Part shown: piece after piece, positions 1 to 16,195 of the stretch | Layout: each line of letters starts with the position of its first letter | Numbering within the stretch: the stretch's first letter is position 1 | NCBI GenBank assembly: GCA_031835245.2 | Contig: JAVKOQ020000067.1 | Location: 1 to 64,000, forward strand | DNA length: 64,000 bases | Direction: 5' to 3' | Source of the DNA: Balamuthia mandrillaris | Taxonomy: Eukaryota | Program-made: the position numbers and the translations under genes | The notes under the pieces: generated by a model | What the model saw: only the letters and a program-made list of their open reading frames with translations | Databases searched by the model: none | Told to the model about the DNA's origin: nothing

Positions 1-2311
<2,311 letters not shown>

Positions 2312-2425
2312 TAATACTCATAGTAAAACTTATTTAAGGGTGACAAAAAAAAAACACAAGAAAGAAAAAGGAGAAAGAAGAAAACAAGAAGAACAAGAAG
2401 AGGAAAGAAGAAAGGTGTTATTTCA

Positions 2426-4426
<2,001 letters not shown>

Positions 4427-4728
4427 CCTCTTCTCTTTTTACTACGTCGTTGTTTGTTGAGCTCTCTCTTTCTTCTGGCCAAAAAAAACCGAGAGTGCTA
4501 AAACGAGACTCCTCGTGCTCATATGTCGACATAAATTGAAACCATGTCGACACAGATCCATCCATGATACAATCTAGATCAAATGAAGCGATTGGGCTCC
4601 TTTTGACCAATAATGGTCCAAATTTTCTCGTCAAATACTGCAGCGTTATCGGCGCATTGTTGCAATATTTCCATGTAAACAGTGAATTCATTGCAGGATG
4701 TTTAATATAAAAAAATATAAAACAAAAA

Positions 4729-6556
4729 ATGGAGCGTAACGCAGACGGCAATGCGGACTGGCAGGAAGAGGTCAGGACGGCCTCCAAGGCCCTTCGCGAA
4801 AACCCCAACGATGCGGCCTTCCTCGCTCGCCGCTACCACGCCTACATGGCCCTCCACCAGACGAAACCGGCCGAGGATGACGCTTTGGCTTACATACGTC
4901 TCCATCCATCTTCGCCTCAAGTCACTTTCGTTTTTTTTGTGTGTCTTTATATCTGCTTTCTCCCTGCTTACTCTGTTTTGTCTCTTCACTTTTTTTTTCA
5001 CAACAAAAAAACAATTAGGGATATATTTTCCTGGGCCAATGCCACAAGCTCAACTCCAACTTTCTGCGAGCGGAGCAGGCCTATCTCCTGGGCCTGAGCC
5101 AAAGGAACGTGGCCACCACGGAGCAAAACAAAGCCCTTTTGGAGGAGCAGCTCACTCTCCTTCGAAAAGAAATGGAGCAAACCAACCAAGAGAAGGCCAA
5201 GGCCAAACAAGCCAAACAAGAGCAACAACAACTAACTCCAACAACACTGTTGGAGAAAACGATTCAAAGCAATAACGTACGTCGCCTTTTTTTGTTTTGG
5301 TAGAAAAGTGTTAACAAAAAAAAAACAACAACAATAAACAACAAAAGAGGAGAGAAGAAAGGTGGCACAAAAGCAATCGCAAAAAACTGTTTGAAGGCTC
5401 CCCGTGGATCCGCCCCCAAAAGCTCAGCCAAATAGCTGGGTGGGGAGTCATCGCCACCGCCGACATTTCCGCTGGTACCATTCTCTTGGAAGAAGATCCC
5501 TTTGCCGCTGGTCTCAGTCTTTTATCTTTTTCTTCTTCTTCGTTCTTTAATTCTTCGGAAGAGGAAGAAGAACAGGAAGAAGAAAAAGATGGAAGAAAGA
5601 GGGTGAAAGAAAGGAAGAAGGGCCTCTGTGATCATTGCTTTCGTTTTATCTGCATCGAAGAAAGAGGAAAGGAAGAAGGTGAAGGTGAAGGGAAAGAAGG
5701 GAGATGTGAAGATTGTGGAGTGATTTACTGCAGCAAAGAATGTTGGCAAAGAGCAAAGGAGGAATACCATCTTATGCTGTGCAACCATCATCTTCTTCAA
5801 AAGGAGAAACCCGCAGAAAGTGAAGAAGATCCGATGGAAAAGCTAGAAGAGTACTGCAGAAGCTTCCAAAACTTTTATGCGATGCTTCTCGCTCGTTTCT
5901 ATGCTCGTCTCTTCATCACCATGACTCATCTTCTTCACGAAGAGAAAGAAGAAAATAAGTTGACATTCGACCTGTTTGAAAGAGCATGTGAGCAGCATTC
6001 ACTAGATACGTTCTTGTCGTTTGATACTGTGCCTGGAGAACCCAATCAACGAGAAAGCATCCTCTTCATCATTCAATGCATTCGTCAACAACTATTGCCT
6101 CGTTTTCATCTTCTTCTCAATCATCAAATAGAAAGAGAAGAACGAAAAGAAGACAGGGAAGTGGCAAATCGGATCTTTTCGTTGGAACAGTTCATGAAGT
6201 TTTGGTGGATTGTAAGAATGAACTGTATTTCGATCCCTTGTTGGTGGAATGGGGAGAAAGTGAAAGGAGCGGAAATAACTGGTTTGTTTGTCAAGACCGC
6301 CATGTTCAATCATTCCTGCGAACCAAATGCACAATATCTCTTTTGCAAAAGCTTTGGACGAAAAGAGAAAGAAGGAAAGTATCAGCATCGATTGAAGATG
6401 AAAGCAGTGAAAGATATCAAAAAGGGAGAAGAGGTACATATTTCGTACGTTGGAAACGTTGACTTGAAAACTTTGGAGAGAAATACAAGAAGAGAGTATC
6501 TGTCGAGCAGTTACTTCTTCGACTGTGAATGCTCGCGTTGTCAAAGAGGAGAATAA
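4729..6556 (+). CDS. TPR + SET/MYND (SMYD-type) lysine methyltransferase
   Basis: N-terminal TPR-like helices (4729-5100) and SET-N GWGVIAT.DI.AGT.LLEE. MYND zinc finger CDHC...CEDC..IYCSKEC...H..LC, then SET-C MFNHSCEPNA...IKKGEEVHISY and post-SET YFFDCECSRC. Confidence 0.85.
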
Positions 6557-6640
6557 GGAACAAAAAAGCAACAAGAAAAATAAAGAATGAACCAGAGAAT
6601 GGAGTGGGCTTTAAAAAAAATAAAGAATCGCTTCATTCAT

Positions 6641-7784
6641 TCATGAGGAAGAATCAGAAGAAGAGGAAGGTGGATTCTCTGTGAGCCGTATGAGCGATGC
6701 TTCTGCATCCTTTCTGGATGGTGTTGCGGCGGCCGCTGCTGCCAAAGCGTTGCTTGTACTCGTTGCTGGTGCGGCTCTGCATTTAAAAACAAAGATGGAG
6801 AGGGGAAGAGGGAGAAGGAACGTCATAAAATTGATAGACAAAAAAAAAAGAATTCAAGTTCAAAACTTACGCTTTCTTCCGAACGCTTCCACGTTTCTTA
6901 GGAGTAACACCCACAATCGCAGATCCACTACCACCTGAAGAACCAGACCCGCCAGGCGCGGTGCTCTTCCGTGGATCCTTTGTCAAGAGGCTGTTGAAAA
7001 AGTCGGAGAGGACCTTATGCTCGCTGGGGCTACTGCCTTTGGGGCTGCCTTTGGCGGCGCTGACGGGAGTGCCAAGCTCTGCAGCTGCCTTGGAGGGTGT
7101 CATCAGGTTGATTGCACTCTCCGCGCGAGAGGTAATACTGCTGCCCTTGCTGCTTACTGGAGTTGTTGGGTTGGAGGGACGATTTGGGCGAGCCAAATCT
7201 ATAAATAGGTTGAAAAAAGCACAAACAAGCAAAAGAGTGAGATTAAAATAGCAATCACAACAACGGTGCTCAAACAAATAAAAAAAGCAAACCTTTGGAA
7301 GAAGCTTGCCGCATGGAGCTCCGTTTGGGCGTGACCGGAGAGGAATCAAATGAACTCGGCGAGCCCGGCCGCTGCGTTTCCGTCTCCTCAATAGCCTTGA
7401 GATGCTTAGCGAGGAACTCTTGGTCATCCTCGGCCAGGCTCTCCATCTCGTATTGAGAAATCTTGGTGTCCTTCATGAAAGGCAGAGGAGTGGGGATGAT
7501 CTCGTTGTAGAGGCTGAGGTCGGCCTCCCCACAGATGTTTTGGTTTTTAAAGTCAATGTCGATCTTGGCGAGGGAGTCCCAACCAGAGGGCACGAAGAGG
7601 GAGTCCTTCTCAAGAACTTGGGCGGGGGAATGGAACTCAAAGTTGTAGAGGCGGTGTTTAAGGTAGTTGAAGAGGAGGGAGCATTGGATGTTGCGTTTGG
7701 CGGAGGTGTACAGCAATGTGGCTCCATCTATGAGAGAAAGATAGAAGAGAAAATGAGACGAAAACCAAAATAAAGGAATGAAAG

Positions 7785-7819
<35 letters not shown>

Positions 7820-9426
7820 CATTGGAGGCAGATCCTGCGGAGGTACTGTTGAATGTACGTAAAGTGATCATCTCTATAACTATACTCCTTCTCTAATCCT
7901 TCCAACATATCAACCTGATACAAGAAACACACAGTGAGTTGAAAAATGCTGCCCAAGAAGTATTGTTGGTTTGGCAACAAATGGTTTTACCTTTTGACAC
8001 ACTACAACAATTGGGATGCCAAGATTGTGTGTTAGAACACCTTCCCCCAAAGGCAGCAATGTCTGAGTGGGTGAGAGAGGAAGAGAGAGAAGAAATGAAC
8101 ATGTAAGAAACAGGTAATTAAGTAAAAAGAATAGATGCCAAACTTACATCATCTCCACTACCAAAATCTAGTTGAGCGTCATTTGATGGATTATGTTCAG
8201 CATTGATGGCAGGAGGGGCTTCAGATGTTACAGAAACCGAAGAGGAAGTGCCCTTTTGTGTGGGTTTGGGTTCTTTGTAGTTTTGAAAGTGAAGCACAGC
8301 TGTTGAATGTGTTTGAGAAAACGTCAGCATCAAAGATAGGTGGCAATAAATGACGAGAGAGAGAGAGAGAGAGAGACATGTCAACGAGAAAGAGAAATGA
8401 AGAGAAACCTTTTTTCTTCAGTGATTCAAGAGCGCCTTTAGGGAGCTTAAGCTTTATGGCCTCGATGTGATCCTCGACGACTTTTAGCCAGTCCTGCAGG
8501 GTTTTGGCAAAGGTCCAAGGTTGAGTGAAGTCCAACACTATCACCACCATACTATTTCCTATCGTCTTTTCATTGATGGCAAACTCGAGAAGGGAGGCAT
8601 GGCCTACATCTCCCTCTAATGTCCAAACATGCGTCCTCGCCAGCACATCTAATCAAGGCAAGGATATGTTTAGCACATGCAGAGTAAGAGAAAGGAGAGA
8701 ATAAGGAAAAAAAGACAGAGAATGACTTAAAAGAAATGAGAGAGAGGACAGAGAACAGAGAACAGGCCAGGGACTTGAGAGAATAACGAATAGAAAATAA
8801 AGAACCGAGGACAGAGGATAGAGAATAGCGAACAGAGACCGATGAAAAAGAAGGAAAGATAGAGAGAGAGAACGAAAAGAAGAGGTAGCCACAAACACAA
8901 AGACAAACCACAAGAGAAAAAGGGGAGAAACGCTGCGAATAGGAAAGAAGGAAAAGTAGAAGATGAAAAACAACGTGAAACGAACCGTCGCTTTCGTCAC
9001 TCATAAAAACGTCGAGGTAAGTGTAGTCCAAGGCAACACCATCCTTCGAGGCTTCCGTATGATCCAATCCTTGTATGCGAGCAATGAGGCTTGACTTACC
9101 GGTAGAACGGTCACCTTTACATAAACAACAAATTTTAGATAAACATCATTCAAACAAAGGAGTGAGGGAAACCCAAAAAAAAAAAATAAGGAGAGAATAA
9201 GAAAACAAAAAATGAAACCTAAGAGCAGAACAGTTTTGCTTTCTAGCAGATGATTCTTTTGTGCAGAGTCGCGTAATACTTGTTGCCAAAGATTGTCTTC
9301 CTTTTGTTCTGTCTCCTTCTCTTTGCCGTTACTGCTGCTACTACTGCTGGCACTACCTCCTCCTTTCTTTTTGTCTTTTGCATCATCGACGGAAGCCGAC
9401 GCGGCTCCAACGCGAAGATCCGACAT
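6641..9426 (-). CDS. DYNC1LI: Cytoplasmic dynein 1 light intermediate chain (multi-exon)
   Basis: NLWQQVL, ALDYTYLDV, VWTLEGD..HASLLEFA, LDFTQPW..L..W, IQQYLRRICLQ, GATLLYTSAK, QVLEKDSLFVPSGWDSLAKI, AEDDQEFL, VLSDFFNSLL. Confidence 0.9.
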
Positions 9427-9684
9427 CTCTCGCGCTTACTCTCAGTGTCCTTCCCTTCTTTCTTTTTGGTTTTTTTTTAATTTTTGTTGTCTATTTTTGG
9501 AAAAATTTTAACCTCAATTTTCGATAATTTTGGATGTGTATCGATAATTTTATAACTGATTGAAAATATTTTACTTTTCGATAAAGAGCTAATTATTTTC
9601 AATTATTTGTGAAATTTTCAGATATAACTGAATATATTTTGGATAATTGACGGAAGAAGGAAAAGAAAAAGAAAGGCTAGGAAG

Positions 9685-10713
9685 ATGCTGCTTGTTCTGG
9701 ATGACGACCACCGGGAAGATTTGGCTTTGCTCAAAGACTTTGCGCCACAAAGTAAGTTTACTTTTACCCAAACGCTGTCTCTTGGTATCATCTTTTTGTG
9801 CTGATTTGTGTGTTTTCAAAAAAACAAAAATAGTAGTGAATGAGTTTTGCAAAATAGCTGTAAACTTTCTTCAATCGGGATCGAACAAACGACTCTTTGT
9901 TGGCGCTGCTCGTTCGTTTCCCCCTTTCTTCCTCTGTCTTGTTTACCAAAAAGACTCACTCAGTCTTCTCCCTCCCTTCCTCATGCAGAGAAACTTGGCT
10001 ACGAGGTCGCTACGGTGGAACACTGCGTGCAAGGATTGAGCTACCTGTTTGCTTTGAGCAGCAAAACCAATGTTTCTGAGAAAGACTTTACCGATTCTCT
10101 CATCACGCTTGACTTCACCCCAGAAGTTAACGACATGCTCAAAGAGGTACCGTTCTCCTCATTGTCTTCTTCTTGTTGTTGTTGGTTGGAGGTTGTTGCC
10201 TGTTCTTCTTGTTCTTCTTGTTCTCCTTCTTGTTGTTGTTCTTCTTCTTCTTGCGCTTCTATTTCTCTCATATATTTATCTCTTTTTCTATTATCTATTC
10301 ATGTGACACTCGCAATAGCATTACTTCAGCAACAGAGCTGATATTAGAAGAATTCTCTCCAAGTCCTCTTTTTCTCTACCCCGCTACAAGAATCTCCACT
10401 GGCGCTTAGACATTCAGGTAGACGGCCACCTTTCTCTCTTCAAAACCACTCTTTCTTCTGTGCTGTGCTCTTCGTATTTCTTTCCTTTAGTTATTTTTCT
10501 CAACCCAAACAAAAGGTCGCTAGTCGCTCCAACCACAATGATGTAAAACCAGTCTTTACTCTGGCCTTGGAAACGGAGGAGGACGAGCAACGCAAAACCG
10601 AATACCTTCAAGTGGACTACATGAACCTCAAGCACATGTGCACCCAACTGGAAGCAGCCCTCAAGGAAGCTCGCTCTGGTCACACACGGCGCATGATGCG
10701 AAACATCAAGTGA
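9685..10713 (+). CDS. COMMD2: COMM domain-containing protein 2
   Basis: ATG at 9685 gives MLLVLDDDHREDLALL; then VVNEFCKIAVNFLQSG, VEHCVQGLSYL, LHWRLDIQ|VASRS and the C-terminal LEAALKEARSGHTRRMMRNIK typical of COMMD2. Confidence 0.88.
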
Positions 10714-10935
10714 TTCACTTATCCTTCCCGTTTTCGTTTTTCGTTTTTCATTCTTCATTCATCTTCTTCGTTCATTTTCATTTTTTCAAGTTCTCTCTCT
10801 CTCCCGTTCTTTTGTCACTCTCCTCTAGAGATCTCCAACGGTTCATGATTCCAAAAAAACACAAACAAACAGGCAAAGCCTTACAGTGCACTTTTCTCTT
10901 TTTATTTTCTTTCATGTTTTCGTTTACACTTGTTG

Positions 10936-11639
10936 TTAGTTGCCATAGGGCTTGGAGTCGTAGAACGCTTTGATCTTTGGCAAGCTGGCCACCTTCTCGT
11001 AGGCAGCCTTCACCTGGGAGAAGCCCTCAAAGACCTCACGGGCGCCCTCCAGCCTGAACACAAGGTCCAAAGAGACAAAGAGGTGAACATCAGCATAGGA
11101 GACCTTGTCGCCGACGAAGAAGCCAGTGCCGTTCTTGGCGAAGGCGCGCTCAAAGTGGCCCAACCATTTGGGCAGGTCCTCGGAGAGGAACTTGGCGAGG
11201 AGCTCGGCTTTGGAGGCCTCGGGGGCAAAGATCGCCTTGATGCCTGTAGAACCAAAGTCCACCACTCCCTCATTGAACTGATCGATCAATGCAGCTTCTG
11301 TTTCGTTCGCGCCTGGAAAGAAAGATTGATGAGTTTGACGAAGGATGAAAACAAAAAACGGATAGTACCATTGAAGCCGTGTTTCTTGGCAAGGTAGCGA
11401 GCGATGGCGTTGCTTTGGACAAGGTCCAGACCCTCGGGCTCCTGGTACCGGGGCACCTGGCCAAAGGCCAGCTCCTCTCCGTGCTTGCTCTTGTACTCGG
11501 CCCAGTCGCCGCCAGCGGAGCCCTTGAAGGAGAAGCCAACCCACTCGTAGTCCACCCCAGCGAGCTCGAGGAGCAAGCGAGGGACCTCAGCGCGGCCGGG
11601 GACGTTGAAGTAAGTGAGCGTTGGCTTTTCGACGGACAT
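10936..11639 (-). CDS. Glutathione S-transferase (sigma/alpha-like; one intron at ~11314-11367)
   Basis: LTYFNVPGRAEVPRLLL, FGQVP, LVQSNAIARYLA, FFVGDKVSYAD, LPKIKAFY. Confidence 0.93.
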
Positions 11640-12777
11640 TATGTGTGTGTGTTTGTTGCGGTTGTGTGGAGGCGAGAAAATGGTGGAAGAAGTGAGAAAT
11701 ATCTAAAGCCTGAGCAGAGGAGCTCATTTGTTTAATGAGAGTCATTAGGAATGCTCCGATAGGTTCCTATTGGTTTGTTTTAGGCTACAACGGAGGATTA
11801 AAGAGGTTAGAATTCACCGACGCGGAGGAGGAGGAAAACGGCAGCAAACGTGCAGTTCTTCTGCAGGGTGAAAAGCGCGGCTGACGTCATGGGCTACCCG
11901 AAGAGGTCCCGCTTTATTGTTTTACTGACGGTGCATCATTCTGCGATGACCTGTCCGTTTTCACTGCGGCAAACGCTTGACCGCCGCTATGGGTCAACTT
12001 GTTTTTCGTTTGGGCTTCTGTGGGCTTGAGGCAGCCTATTTCGCCAGGGCGAGGCGACGCAAAATCGAGATGTTCGCAGAGGAGTGAGATGGCTCGGTGC
12101 TCTGCCGAAAAAGCAAGAAAACAGAAGGGTATCCTCGAGCTGCTGGGCTACGAAAAGGCAGATGAACCAGGGTCACCCGACAATAAATACAAGAGAATCA
12201 GCGAAAAGTAATGCGATTTATTCAAATTCGTCGACAATCCGAGTTTTTTGTCCTTTTGCAGATTTATCCGAAATTCCGGGATCGCCGGAAGTTTCCTTAT
12301 TCGCGCGAATTATCCTTTTTTAGGCAAAACCACGCGACATTTCCTGCTCTTGTCCCCATTGGTATCCAAAGGGGAGGCGATGGAGGTGAGAATGAGGACC
12401 CGCTGGGGGTCGTGCGTGTGAAAAATAGCAAAAGAAACGGAAACGGAGGTGCTGGTTTTTTTTTTTGCCTGGAGGCGCCCATTCCCGTCAACGACAACGG
12501 TAAAAAAAACTACAAAATAAAAAGGGGGTCGGGGGGGGGAAGACAGATACTTCCTCGGGAAGGAGGAAAAAGAACAACAAGGTTCGTTTTGTCTTCGTCA
12601 TTGTTGCTTGTTGGCGAGGAATAACACCCCCCTTTTCCTCTCCCCTTTTTTTTTTTGGGATATTTCACCTAGAAAATAATTGCCATGGAAACGGGGTTTG
12701 TAGATGTTGGATAAGCGTCGACACCTTCCCTTTTTAGAAAAAAAGGAGGGGTCTACAAAATTATTCTCAGGAAAAAA

Positions 12778-13290
12778 ATGGAGCTGCACGAGGTGAAGGA
12801 GGAAAAGAAAGAAGAGAAAGCTGTTTTCACGCGCGAGAAACAGATTTGCGAACAACACTTTGTTTTTTCTATCCCCATAAACGCCTCTTTCCCTTTGTGG
12901 TATGGAGAGTTCGCCATCATTCCCAATTCTGTACTTTTACGCATGTTTCAGGAGCTCCTTCTTCCAAAGTTGTTGCCTTTGGTTTCAGTCAAGCCAAAGC
13001 CACTTCCTATCAAGTGTGCTGTTCGCTTGGATCACGACCTTCATAAATTAATCTTCGGTAGCGCCAAAGAGGTGTTCCTCAACGAAGCACAAATCAACCA
13101 AGTTTTTGGTGTTTCTATTCGCCTAAACCTCAAAGGCGGATGTTATGCCCTCCTTTGTGCTCCAATCAAAGTTGCACGAAAGAACAAGAACAAAAACACT
13201 GTGTTAGAGGTGAATTATGAAGTTTACAACAAATATGACGTCCTTCAATGGCCAGAACACTGGGTTTGTTTTCCTCCCTTTAGTTCTTGA
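12778..13290 (+). CDS. Hypothetical 170-aa protein, convergent partner of the RAG1-like transposase
   Basis: Uninterrupted ATG-initiated ORF with non-repetitive, globular-looking composition; no family recognised. Its stop (13288-13290) abuts the inferred transposase stop (13291-13293, minus strand). Confidence 0.6.
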   Translation: MELHEVKEEKKEEKAVFTREKQICEQHFVFSIPINASFPLWYGEFAIIPNSVLLRMFQELLLPKLLPLVSVKPKPLPIKCAVRLDHDLHKLIFGSAKEVFLNEAQINQVFGVSIRLNLKGGCYALLCAPIKVARKNKNKNTVLEVNYEVYNKYDVLQWPEHWVCFPPFSS

Positions 13291-16195
13291 TCATTCTTCT
13301 TCTTCATCTAACTCATACTCTTCTGCATCTGTTTCCTCTTCTTCCATAGTAAAACTTGCATCATCCTCATCACTGTTCTCCGCCTCAGCCATTGCCTCCG
13401 CCTCGACTGCTGCCTCCGCCTCGATCGCTGCCTCTGCCTCTGCCTCGATCGCCGCCTCTGCCTCCGCCTTGACCGCTGCCTCCGCCTTGACCGCTGCCTC
13501 CGCCTCGACCGCTGCCTCCGCCTGACTCCCGCCTCACACTGGCTAAGTTTCCGCCTTCAATCCGCTGCCTCCGCGACCGCTTGCCTCCCGCTTTGACCGC
13601 TAAGCTCTCCGCCTTTCGACCGCTGCCTCCGCTCGACCACTGCCTCCGCTTTGACCGCTGCTCCGCTCGACCAAGCGCCTTCCGCGACGCTGCCTCCACC
13701 TCGACTGCTGCCTCCGCCTCGACCGCTGCCTCCGCCTCGACCGCTGCCTCCACCTCGACTGCTGCCTCCGCCTCGACTGCTGCCTCCGCCTCGACTGCTG
13801 CCTCCTCCTCAACTGCTGCTTTTATACAGTATTTCCTCCAAAGTTCTGGGGCTGTTTCCAACGTCTCTGTGCTCCAATTTTTTTTTTGAGCTTTTGTTGT
13901 TCGTTGTCTCTTCCTTGGTCTATGAGGAAGTGTTTGCTCTGCTGCATAGTATTCAGCACGAAATTCAGCTGTCAATTGTTGGTAAGTAGCATTTTTAGCC
14001 CCTGAACCAAGATGATATCCACTTGTTTTTTTCTTTTTGTTGAGGAAATGCTTATTTTCAATATCATAATTAGCAAGCTTTTCCAAGCATCCAAAGCGTT
14101 CAAGGAAAAAGCCAAAGTGGTATACAAAGATATGGATATAAGGAGTAACTTCTGGGTCTCGATAACGTTCAACAAAGGCCTTACCAAAAGGTCGAGCCTC
14201 CTCTAACCACTGTTGAGCTGTAATTTTGACCTGTTTTCTTTTGGTAAATATATCTTTCTTTCCTTTGCTCTCCTCTGCTCTGCTTTCCTCTTCTCTTTCT
14301 TCCCTCTCCTCCCCTCTCCTCTCCTCTTTCCTTTTCTTCACTTCTTACCTTTGGTTCCATTGTTAAAGCAGCAAGATGTGTAAAGAGATTCCAAATTAAA
14401 CGAGTGTTATTCACCTTGGTTTGCTTTCTTGCTTTGTCTGTTCCTTCTCTAATCACTGTTTCAAATGTTTTGAAAAACTCCTCACGTTTCTTTATAATAT
14501 GAAGATACTCTGCTCGATTAAACTTTGCCTTTTTTACCCGTTGAGCCATTGTGACAAGTTTTTTGCTCTTGTTTGGAAGTTTTAGCTTTAAACTGCAAAA
14601 TATAGTTTCCCATTGCATCTCAAGGTTTGTGTTTCGTCCTACATCTTCACTTAATAACTCAAGTAGTTTCCTCATAATAGCCATAAATGCATGTAAATTG
14701 CATGGCACTGTATGTTTGAGGTCAAAGTTGAGAAGGCGCTTTCCACTAATTCCATAATAAGTTCGTGCAAACTCTTTTTTTTGTGATATTGAGAGTTCTT
14801 CTGCTATATTTCCAAGTTCTTGCATCAACTCTTCATCACGAAAGGGCCAATTACTTATATCAAAGTTTGCTATTTCATCTTTTGTTACTAGGCACCATGG
14901 GCATTTAAACTTTGACTTTGGATGAAAGCAAGAATACATTCCAACAAACTCAACTAGTGCTTTGAGATCACAGACAAGCACAGGCTCTAGTTGGTACTCT
15001 TTTCCTCCTGCTGTTATTGTTGCTCCATTAATCAACTCATTAATTGTCTTTGTTGCTTCTTTTAACTCAGTTCTAAGCTCTTGTCTATTTTCTTCTCCTT
15101 CAAAGACAATATATTGATGTGCATTCTTGCCTGACTTCGTTATTTCAAGGGTATACTCTTCCAAAATAAAGCTAAAGGTACCAACTTCATGACAACGCTC
15201 TCTTCGATTTGTCATAATTGCACCATCCCATGCAAACTTCACTATTAACTTTTTGTTCACTTCACTTTTTGGAGGATTGTTCTCAAGAATCCAGCTCATA
15301 TATTTCAATAATGGAAATTCCCATCCATGTCCACCCACTGTAACCTGTGGCTCCATAATAGAGTTCACCACTGCTTTTTGTCGTTGGATATGATGCAATG
15401 AAGCTGAATCATCAAGTCTAAAAACAGACATAGTATAGTTCCAATGTTCATCTGTAATCAGGGAAGTGTCCTTATAAGCAAGAAGCACCTCTAGTGTTGG
15501 CTGTGGTAAGTATGCTTTTAATTCTTCCACATTTTCTTGCAAAAATCGAATAACAGAGGGATCTGCTTTTACTATCTCTGCCACAGTTGCACCAAAGCTT
15601 TGATAAGGAGCTAAGCAATGAAGAAGGGCCTTCGCTTTATCAACAAAGAAGCTTTTTTCTCTTTGATCTCTGTGAATAATTTCCTCCCAAGGTATTGTCT
15701 ATTGTTTGTGTTATACAAGTGAACAAAAACAAAATAACAAGGGGAAATGAACCTGTAAATGTGCGTTGAGTTCTTTTATATCCCCTTCTCTCTTTTTTAG
15801 TCTGTTTTGTGCTTCTTCTTTACTAACTGCTTCCAATCTTTCTTTATCTTTTTTAGCTTTGGCATTTGTTGCTATATCCACACAGCGTTGACAGTCATCA
15901 GTACAGTTTTGATGGTATGTATGAAGTTCATGATATACACATGCACTTTGGGAAGAGTATGAATTCTTACAACCATTGGTGTGCTCACATGCCCAATTAC
16001 CAACAGTTGCATTACCAGTTCTCTTTCCTTCCAACTTAGCACATATAGAACAGGTTTGTGGGTTACAGCTGTGCCCTTTTTTTTTTTCTCATGCTTTGTC
16101 CTACTACCACTAGTCTGATATTGTACTCGATCTGCAGAAGCAGTGAGATTACAACAACTCTCGTGGCGACAAGTGAACGTCCTTTCTTCCTCCAT
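13291..16195 (-). CDS. RAG1/Transib-like DDE transposase with N-terminal Cys/His zinc motifs (introns ~15701-15752 and ~14231-14348; frame breaks at ~16080 and ~13520-13690)
   Basis: Ordered motifs KFAWDGA (~15225), EGEE, LVCDLKAL (~14968), FKCPWC (~14895), PCNLH (~14695), TPYIHIFVYH (~14135), NYDIENKH (~14058). These parallel the RAG1 core motifs SCDG, GYDEK, CTLC, DALH, YFHKTLAH and SEGNES. Confidence 0.75.
13385..13815 (-). repeat. 18-bp coding minisatellite (EAAVEA-like units), degenerate in the middle
   Basis: Repeated GCCTCCGCCTCGACCGCT units on the + strand, in the transposase C-terminal tail. Confidence 0.85.

Noticed and set aside
11999..12624. Short ORFs in the left arm of the RAG-like element
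   Set aside because: Short, mostly non-ATG starts and no recognisable domains.
12778..13290. Calling the convergent ORF RAG2
   Set aside because: It is only 170 aa, with no kelch GG repeats and no PHD Cys/His pattern; only its position resembles RAG2.
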